A stretch of DNA of 32,000 nucleotides from Planctopirus limnophila DSM 3776 (GTDB lineage: Bacteria; Planctomycetota; Planctomycetia; Planctomycetales; Planctomycetaceae). The DNA is taken from positions 2,640,001-2,672,000 of the forward strand of contig NC_014148.1 of assembly GCF_000092105.1 (NCBI RefSeq), written 5' to 3'. How positions within the stretch are numbered: position 1 is the stretch's first letter; the number at the start of each line of letters is the position of its first letter. This document shows, in pieces, positions 8,471 through 14,384 of the stretch. The notes beneath the pieces are model-generated. The model did not search any database. It was not told the DNA's origin and saw only the letters and a program-made list of their open reading frames with translations. The position numbers and the translations under genes were made by a program.

Positions 8471-10858
8471 ATGACTGAAAAACGCCCAGGGGCACGACGC
8501 CCAACGCGCCGCCGCTCAGACGATGTCGAGAACTCGACTGAGACACCCAAGCCTGTGATTGAAGAGGTTTTTGAGGAAGTCGCAGGGCTCCATCGCGAAT
8601 TTGATGGCGAGGAACCTCCCAAGCCAAAACGGACGCGGACTCCTCGGGCCACATCGACAGGCTCCCGCAGCGCTGGCGATTCTTCGACCAGCGAATCGGC
8701 TCCCCGTGCCGAACGACCTTCACGCCGCAAACCGGTACCGGTCGATATCGAACCAGCGCCCGTAGCCGGGAGTGCCATGTTCTACGATCCCGTCGATGAA
8801 TCTGACTTCACACCATCGACTCGATCCCGGAAGTCGCCCGACAATGCTGGTGCTGATGCATTCCCAGCGAGCGAAGAGCAACCGGCTGCAACACGGCGCC
8901 GACGTGCTCCCTCTCGAAGCCCTCGCGAAACATCAGCAGAATCCAGAACGGATGATGCCCCTAGAACGCAAGATACCCCCAGAGTTCAAAATACTCCCAG
9001 AGCCCAAGAAGACAGCGACTTCGGCTCTGGCCTGGATGACGTCGACTCGCCATCAAAATCGGCTGGTGCATCGAGATCTTCGCCCTCGAATGAAGGTGAA
9101 TTTCCGCCGAGAGATGAAGCCTCTTCCCGCACTCAGCGGCCACGCCGGTCGGCAGCGAGAACTGGTGGCGAAAGATCAAGTCGATACCAGAGTCGCGGAG
9201 ACGGACCTGCCGACGAACCAACTTCATTCGCACGTCGAGATCGATCAGAAGCCAGTGACAGATCGGAAGCCAGTGACTTTGAACCAGCACCGCGTTCTGG
9301 TGAGTCTTCTTCAGAGGCTTACAATCGCGCCGGTGGTGAAGATGAGGGGCCAAGGTCAGGCTCTCGCGATGAGAGCAATTCGGTTGAAAACTTTAATGAA
9401 TCAGGCTTTTCGGGCGAAAACCCGAACGATGGCACGCCCGCGCGTCGCCATGGTGGATTCAACGAAGGTGATGAGGGAGGCGACCCAAATGATGGAGGTC
9501 GCCGTCGTCGCCGCAGGCGCCGTCGTGGTCGCGGTGGCCCAGATGGTGGCCTGCAGGGCCCACAGGCACCCCGCGGACAGTTCGTTCCTCAGGGAAATAA
9601 TAATCCCCGCGGCCGGAACAACAACAATCGCTCACAAGGTGGTCACCAGCGAAATCAGGGAGGGAATCGTCCCTATGATCAATCGCGACGAGGTCCACAA
9701 AATCCTCAGGATCGCAATTACAACTCTGCTCCGCGCGGGCCGGAAGTGATTGAGCCCACCAGTGGCGTGCTCGAATTGCACCCCAAAGGCTATGGATTCC
9801 TGCGCGACCCGAAAGCCGGTTATGTCTCGCAGGAAACCGATCCGTTTGTGTCAGCCACCATCATTCAGAAGTTTGGTCTGCGTGAAGGTGTACTGATCCA
9901 GGGTGATATGGTTCAGGGCAGCCGGGGGCAGGGCCCGCGTCTGCGAACAACCGAGTATATCGATGGCCGTACACCCGAAGATTACGCACAAATCAAGGGG
10001 TTTGACGATCTCACACCAATCAATCCCTTTGAGCAGATCCGCCTTGAAACAGGGCCCACCCCGATCACTATGCGGATCATGGATCTGCTGACACCGATCG
10101 GTAAAGGTCAGCGAGCACTCATTGTGGCTCCGCCCCGCAGTGGTAAAACCATGCTGCTGCAGGAGATTGCCGATGCCGTCAGCAAGAATCATCCGGAGAT
10201 CTATCTGATTGTGCTGTTGATCGACGAACGTCCTGAAGAAGTGACAGAAATGCGTCGTCGCGTGCGCGGGGATGTCATTGCCTCCTCGATGGATCGTGAA
10301 GTCGAAAACCATGTTCGCGTCAGCCAGTTGATCTTTGAAAGGGCCAAAAGGCTCACCGAGGCAGGACGGGATGTCTTCATTCTGCTTGATTCGATTACCC
10401 GAACGGCCCGCGCTTTCAATAAATGGACAGGGAACACCGGTCGCACAATGTCCGGCGGTCTGGACATCAAGGCCATGGATATTCCCAAGAAGATGTTCGG
10501 CCAGGCCCGTCGTTTCGAAGAAGGGGGCTCACTCACTGTTGTCGGGACGGCACTTGTCGAAACCGGCAGCAAAATGGACGACGTGATCTTCCAGGAGTTC
10601 AAGGGGACTGGCAACATGGAAATGGTGCTCAGCCGAGACCTCGCAGATCGTCGCATCTGGCCTGCCATCGATGTTTCAAAATCGGGGACACGTCGCGAAG
10701 AAAAGATCCTCTCTCCCGAAGTGATGGAGGGGGTGACATTGCTCCGCCGCAGTCTGATTTCTTTGAGCCCCGTGGAAGCGATGGAGCAGATGGTTCGTAT
10801 TCTCACCAAATACAAAACCAACGAAGAGTTCCTCGCCAAGGTTCGTTCAATCCTCTAA
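8471..10858 (+). CDS. rho: Transcription termination factor Rho with a ~425-aa disordered N-terminal extension
   Basis: The C-terminal ~370 aa are collinear with E. coli Rho: GVLELHPKGYGFLR (CSD-like RNA-binding domain), GQRALIVAPPRSGKTMLLQEIA (Walker A), LLIDERPEEVTEM, LLDSITRTARAF and FKGTGNMEMVLSR. The N-terminal part is rich in R/S/D/E/P/G. Confidence 0.95.
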   Translation: MTEKRPGARRPTRRRSDDVENSTETPKPVIEEVFEEVAGLHREFDGEEPPKPKRTRTPRATSTGSRSAGDSSTSESAPRAERPSRRKPVPVDIEPAPVAGSAMFYDPVDESDFTPSTRSRKSPDNAGADAFPASEEQPAATRRRRAPSRSPRETSAESRTDDAPRTQDTPRVQNTPRAQEDSDFGSGLDDVDSPSKSAGASRSSPSNEGEFPPRDEASSRTQRPRRSAARTGGERSSRYQSRGDGPADEPTSFARRDRSEASDRSEASDFEPAPRSGESSSEAYNRAGGEDEGPRSGSRDESNSVENFNESGFSGENPNDGTPARRHGGFNEGDEGGDPNDGGRRRRRRRRRGRGGPDGGLQGPQAPRGQFVPQGNNNPRGRNNNNRSQGGHQRNQGGNRPYDQSRRGPQNPQDRNYNSAPRGPEVIEPTSGVLELHPKGYGFLRDPKAGYVSQETDPFVSATIIQKFGLREGVLIQGDMVQGSRGQGPRLRTTEYIDGRTPEDYAQIKGFDDLTPINPFEQIRLETGPTPITMRIMDLLTPIGKGQRALIVAPPRSGKTMLLQEIADAVSKNHPEIYLIVLLIDERPEEVTEMRRRVRGDVIASSMDREVENHVRVSQLIFERAKRLTEAGRDVFILLDSITRTARAFNKWTGNTGRTMSGGLDIKAMDIPKKMFGQARRFEEGGSLTVVGTALVETGSKMDDVIFQEFKGTGNMEMVLSRDLADRRIWPAIDVSKSGTRREEKILSPEVMEGVTLLRRSLISLSPVEAMEQMVRILTKYKTNEEFLAKVRSIL

Positions 10859-10914
10859 CAGGGCTTACCTTGCTCCCGATGGTGCACCAGTAAAAAACTG
10901 GTTTCAGATAACAG

Positions 10915-10959
10915 ATAAGCCCGTGTACTGAAGAATTTCAGTACGCGGGCTTATCTTTT
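10915..10959 (+). terminator. Intrinsic terminator after rho; probably bidirectional, shared with the convergent gene 10980-11615
   Basis: 18-bp stem ATAAGCCCGTGTACTGAA (10915-10932) / TTCAGTACGCGGGCTTAT (10937-10954) with one G-T wobble and a 4-nt loop, followed by CTTTT. Confidence 0.75.
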
Positions 10960-10979
10960 GAACACACAGGGAACTGTCA

Positions 10980-11615
10980 CTACCATTTCGTGAATTGAGG
11001 AGCTTGATCAAGCTGACCATGAGTGGAAATGGGCTGGCCTTTTCCGTTCAAGAAGGGAGGACGAGCAGGGGCATGAGCTGCAGGATGTCTCCTGGCATCC
11101 AATCGCTGGGCACGCTCCAAAGCTTCACGCGCTGCACGCTCCTGAATTTTCCGACGTGCGAGAGTGACCTGTTGCTCATAAGCCGCCGCTGCACTTCGCG
11201 ATGCTATCGCTTTTACTGGAGATTGATCCGTCGGCAAATCGTTATTCGAAGCATTGGCTGGCGGAATTGTCGCTGGCTCTTGCCCCGCTTGGGAATATGA
11301 AACCTGCCGAGTTCGATCGACGTCAGTACCGTTTGAACTGGCAGATTCCGAGTTGCTGCTGACCTGTGTTGGTGGGGGAGGATTCATCGATCCCGCAGGC
11401 GTCTGATCTTCAAACAGGAGCGGGAGCGGGCCCAATTCCTGCACCAGATTTTCTGTCGTCACTTTTGGTCGGACGAGTTCCGGGTCATGCTGAAAATGGA
11501 CGACCTCTTGAGCCAGACTGGTTCCCAGGGAGAGTGCCAGCACAGGGAGCGATAACGACAGGCCGGCGACATTGAACCATGACTGACGCATGTCATTAAA
11601 CTCCGACTGATCCAT
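10980..11615 (-). CDS. Hypothetical secreted or membrane-anchored protein
   Basis: ATG start. The N-terminal hydrophobic stretch WFNVAGLSLSLPVLALSLGTSLAQE looks like a signal peptide or anchor. It is followed by a low-complexity P/S/N-rich region and a charged helical segment (RRKIQERAAREALERAQRLDARR). I recognise no family. Confidence 0.55.
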   Translation of the reverse strand: MDQSEFNDMRQSWFNVAGLSLSLPVLALSLGTSLAQEVVHFQHDPELVRPKVTTENLVQELGPLPLLFEDQTPAGSMNPPPPTQVSSNSESASSNGTDVDRTRQVSYSQAGQEPATIPPANASNNDLPTDQSPVKAIASRSAAAAYEQQVTLARRKIQERAAREALERAQRLDARRHPAAHAPARPPFLNGKGQPISTHGQLDQAPQFTKW

Positions 11616-11852
11616 GGGGCCTTGAAGAACTCAACAGTTTGATTTCAACGGTGTGATTTCTGAGGCCTGCCGAGATTCCAGCAATTGCTGTCGATACACC
11701 TTGCCCCTGAACATAAAAATCGACCATTCGGAGCTGTCGTCTTGAGAAACTTTAACGGTCATATGCAATTTCATACCGGAACTTCGGTGGAAACTGCCGC
11801 ACGGGAGCCATTCTGAAGCAAAAGCGCTGCCAGTCGTGGCTTGGTAAAGAGG

Positions 11853-12620
11853 TTATTGGCCAGAATTCGGTGCTGGTGATGTCTGCGTAAGCACTGGCTG
11901 TTCGACGGCCGCGCCCTCAGTGCTTTTTGGCGATTCCGAATAGTCGCTCTGCTGTTGCTCAGTTTCTGCTGAGTGGTGCAGGGCATCCGCCAGTTGAGCC
12001 CTTTGAATTTGAATGGCTTCATCAAATTGATTGAGGACATCGATCGCTCGATCGCGCGATGTCACCAGTCCAATAATCAGGTACTGAATAATCGCCAGAC
12101 CATAACAGACCCAACCGACCCAGCCATCCTGAAAGACAGCCATAATGGCAAAGACAGGAGATGACCGGTTGAGGTGCTTGCACAACAAACCTCGAATCAA
12201 ATCCGGTAAGTAGCTCCAACACGCCTTGATACGTCCATGGGGTGGCATTTTGAAAGGAGGTGGCCCGGGATGAATAATCGCAAACAGCCCCTGATCAGGC
12301 ATGCCTTCAATCACACCTATCGCGAGCATTAATCGACCGGCCAGAATCATCCAGCCCTTTTCCTCGCGAAGATCAAGTGGCACCCAGCCAAAGAAGGCCT
12401 GCTCCATGTTGGCCGAGGCGACCAGCAGCAGAATTGCTCCACGGAACCAGAGTTCAAGATCTCGCTCAAGCTCTTGATCAAGCCCGTTCACTCGGACAAC
12501 ACGCTTCAAAAACCAGCGAAACAACGGGACTGCCATCAACCCGATGATCAGGCGCGTCACTGGTTTCAGTATCGGAGCCAGTAGTTGCGGCGGTATCAGT
12601 AATCGCAGCAACTCCAGCAT
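11853..12620 (-). CDS. Multi-pass membrane protein of unknown family; candidate retron effector
   Basis: 255-aa ORF with an ATG at 12620 preceded by AAGGAG (12630-12635, - strand) at a 9-nt spacing. About 4-5 hydrophobic segments are visible: LIIGLMAVPLFRWFL, GAILLLVASANMEQAFFGWV, GWMILAGRLMLAIGVI and VFAIMAVFQDGWVGWVCYGLAIIQYLIIGLV. The C-terminus is a polar tail. The gene lies 58 bp downstream of the RT stop on the same strand. Confidence 0.7.
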   Translation of the reverse strand: MLELLRLLIPPQLLAPILKPVTRLIIGLMAVPLFRWFLKRVVRVNGLDQELERDLELWFRGAILLLVASANMEQAFFGWVPLDLREEKGWMILAGRLMLAIGVIEGMPDQGLFAIIHPGPPPFKMPPHGRIKACWSYLPDLIRGLLCKHLNRSSPVFAIMAVFQDGWVGWVCYGLAIIQYLIIGLVTSRDRAIDVLNQFDEAIQIQRAQLADALHHSAETEQQQSDYSESPKSTEGAAVEQPVLTQTSPAPNSGQ

Positions 12621-12629
12621 GCGTAAAAA

Positions 12630-12635
12630 CTCCTT
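12630..12635 (-). promoter_or_regulatory. Shine-Dalgarno sequence of the membrane-protein gene
   Basis: The - strand reads CTGAAGGAGTTTTTACGCATG. A canonical AAGGAG sits 9 nt before the ATG at 12620. This is notable because most other genes in the window lack a strong SD. Confidence 0.6.
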
Positions 12636-12678
12636 CAGTGTGATGCCAACTTACCGACGCACAAACCGTGGCCAAAGA

Positions 12679-14019
12679 TCATGAATTCCAGTGGATCTTC
12701 TCAAAAATCTTCTGCAAACGCACTCCCCGGTCAGGATTCAAATGCCGGATATGTGCCAACCTGCCCTGAAGATGAGCTCGAAAATCAACCTGTTGATCTC
12801 GATTCTGTGTCTGATGACCATGCCGAACGCAATTGTGCAAAATCGCCTTGAGTTGATCGTAGTCTCTTCGAGAGCAATTGGGACGCTGATTCACGACCAC
12901 ACCAGTGACTGTCTGCCGATTCGACTGCCGGAGAATCCTTCGCTTCGCGGGCTGAGAATGAAAACGGCACTGCACTATCACCTTATCAGTCAGCGGCACA
13001 AATCTTTTGAGCTGTTTCAAAAACCGATGATCACCCGAGAATGTGAGATCGTCCGCGTAACGGGTGTAAATCGCACCAAATCGACGGGCCAAACCCGTCA
13101 GACGTACATCCAGTGAATATGTCGCCAGATTCGCCAGAGCCGGAGAAGTGGGCGCGCCTTGGGGTAAATGACGCCGTGTGAACAGCATAATCGAATAGGG
13201 ATTCTTATCGGGAAATGCCATACCCATGGGCAATGCCGAGGTTGTCAATCGCGCCAGCCACAAAGCCATTTCGCGAGAGTACCCCAGGGAACGAAAGATC
13301 GCGACGACTTTTGAAAATGTGACCGACGGATAGAAATCTTTCAGATCAAACTTCACCACCACAGCTTTCCCGGCATGCAACTGGGCATTTGAGACGATGT
13401 CACAACCGGGGACAAAACCATGTGCCGCTGGATGTGCGGGAACCAGATCAAGAATTCGCCTGAGAATGATCTCCTGGACTCTTTTGAGTGCTGGTTTGGG
13501 TGCTTCAATGAGCCGGTGCCCCGAGCGCTTTTTGCGGATCCATTTCAGCCAGTAATGCGATTTTTTTTCGGTGGGAGGTCGGCCATGATCGGCGAGGTGA
13601 ATCAATCCGGCCAGCCGCTTGATCGGCAGCCCCAGAAACTGGCTTAATTCATCAAGAGTGGTGAGGACTGGCAACCGATGTTGCTGCAGCAAATCGACGC
13701 GCGTATCCGTTAGCAGATTCAGAAACTGCTCACGTCGGCGCGTACGGGCATATCTGGCATAAACGTACGGAAGCTGATCGACTTGAGTTCCACGCCCCTC
13801 GATGCGCCATTGTCGCACCATTTCGGGTGATCGATATCTGAGTCGTGGAAGTTTCGGAGTTGTTGTGGAACCGAGCCATTGCCGCTTCTGGCCACCCGCT
13901 TGATTCGAAGAAGGGCTGCCCGGCAACGTGTGGTTGGAACCTGTCGGTCGCCACCAACTCAAGAACCAACTCCACAAACCCATGAAGACATCCTTGACCT
14001 GGCAATGCATCGTCCGCAT
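12679..14019 (-). CDS. Retron-type reverse transcriptase
   Basis: Collinear with retron Ec86 RT as I recall it. LPVLTTLDELSQFLGLPIKRLAGLI aligns with Ec86 LPVMNNLHDMSKATRISVETLRLLI. HGFVPGCDIVSNAQLHAG contains NAxxH (nt 13375-13389). Further matches are FDLKDFYPSVT, IFRSLGYS, LPQGAPTSPALANL, YTRYADDLTFS (YADD, nt 13048-13059) and NRQTVTGVVVN (VTG, nt 12901-12909). The start is uncertain: ATG at 14019, or Met67 at 13821. Confidence 0.9.
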   Translation of the reverse strand: MRTMHCQVKDVFMGLWSWFLSWWRPTGSNHTLPGSPSSNQAGGQKRQWLGSTTTPKLPRLRYRSPEMVRQWRIEGRGTQVDQLPYVYARYARTRRREQFLNLLTDTRVDLLQQHRLPVLTTLDELSQFLGLPIKRLAGLIHLADHGRPPTEKKSHYWLKWIRKKRSGHRLIEAPKPALKRVQEIILRRILDLVPAHPAAHGFVPGCDIVSNAQLHAGKAVVVKFDLKDFYPSVTFSKVVAIFRSLGYSREMALWLARLTTSALPMGMAFPDKNPYSIMLFTRRHLPQGAPTSPALANLATYSLDVRLTGLARRFGAIYTRYADDLTFSGDHRFLKQLKRFVPLTDKVIVQCRFHSQPAKRRILRQSNRQTVTGVVVNQRPNCSRRDYDQLKAILHNCVRHGHQTQNRDQQVDFRAHLQGRLAHIRHLNPDRGVRLQKIFEKIHWNS

Positions 14020-14033
14020 TGAATTCCAAAAAA

Positions 14034-14052
14034 TCGACCGCCGGGTCGCACA
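14034..14052 (-). repeat. Retron a2 inverted repeat (3' end of the msd-coding region)
   Basis: Partner of a1 (see above). It ends 15 nt upstream of the RT ATG at 14019. Confidence 0.8.
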
Positions 14053-14067
14053 ACCAATGCCTGTTTC

Positions 14068-14105
14068 GAATCCTGTCTACGGTGGAACCACCGTAGACAG
14101 GATTC
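14068..14105 (-). repeat. Long perfect hairpin in the msd region
   Basis: GAATCCTGTCTACGGTGG (14068-14085) + AA + CCACCGTAGACAGGATTC (14088-14105). This is an 18-bp perfect palindrome, the size and position expected for the msDNA stem. Confidence 0.85.
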
Positions 14106-14183
14106 CAGTTCAGTATGGGAGCAATCATTCGAGCACGGGGTAACCCCGCACCGGCCAGGCTTTTCAGCGATATGGCCTCTTCT

Positions 14184-14202
14184 TGTGCGACCCGGCGGCC
14201 GA
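14184..14202 (-). repeat. Retron a1 inverted repeat (5' end of msr)
   Basis: The + strand TGTGCGACCCGGCGG (14184-14198) is the exact reverse complement of CCGCCGGGTCGCACA (14038-14052). Pairing extends to 19 bp (to 14202 / 14034) with one G-U wobble. Confidence 0.8.
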
Positions 14203-14209
14203 CGACTGG

Positions 14210-14238
14210 AGTTTACACGGATTTCCACGACTCACCAA
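14210..14238 (-). promoter_or_regulatory. Putative sigma-70-like promoter of the retron transcript
   Basis: On the - strand: TTGGTG (14233-14238), 17 nt, then TAAACT (14210-14215). This places a start about 7 nt downstream, right at the extended a1 repeat (about 14202). The -35 match is weak and the consensus for this phylum is uncertain. Confidence 0.25.
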
Positions 14239-14384
14239 GCGGCTTTTTGAGCAACCGTTGTGTCACAATTTCTGCAGGGATTTGAATCCTCGTTCTCTCA
14301 GGGAATACACGAGCAGACGTTTCAACTATGCTATGTCGAATCGTTCGTCAAAAGATTACTCACCGAGAAGAGAAACCGATCGAT

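Larger units (their letters stand above)
14034..14202 (-). ncRNA. Retron msr/msd non-coding RNA (template and primer for msDNA)
   Basis: It lies immediately 5' of the RT ORF on the same strand. Terminal inverted repeats (a1 14184-14202, a2 14034-14052) bracket two short GC hairpins (14153-14177 and 14136-14148) and a long perfect hairpin (14068-14105). This is the canonical retron ncRNA layout. The ends are approximate. Confidence 0.7.

Noticed and set aside
8772-9749. 325-aa alternative-frame ORF inside the rho N-terminal region (and the 130-aa antisense ORF at 8961-9353).
   Set aside because: The compositionally biased, repeat-rich DNA keeps several frames open. The rho frame is continuous with the conserved Rho core and starts at a sensible ATG.
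10201-10839. 212-aa ORF on the - strand.
   Set aside because: It is antisense to the conserved Rho ATPase core. This is a shadow ORF.
12679-14019. Could the RT belong to a group II intron, a diversity-generating retroelement (DGR) or an Abi/UG-type defence RT instead of a retron?
   Set aside because: There is no maturase/X or endonuclease domain and no intron domain V/VI-like RNA around it. There is no template/variable repeat pair and no adenine-mutagenesis target gene nearby. The retron-specific NAxxH and VTG signatures, the Ec86 collinearity and the a1/a2-flanked upstream structure all favour a retron. A profile search is still needed for confirmation.
14065-14073. TTCGAATCC, identical to a tRNA T-loop consensus, which raised the possibility of a tRNA gene.
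   Set aside because: No acceptor, D or anticodon arms can be drawn around it. It forms part of the 18-bp msd palindrome.
13730-14228. Track ORFs 13730-14128 (-) of 132 aa and 13959-14228 (-) of 89 aa, overlapping the RT 5' end and the upstream region.
   Set aside because: They overlap the RT frame and the structured ncRNA, their composition is odd, and the palindromes explain the open frames on both strands. They are most likely non-coding.
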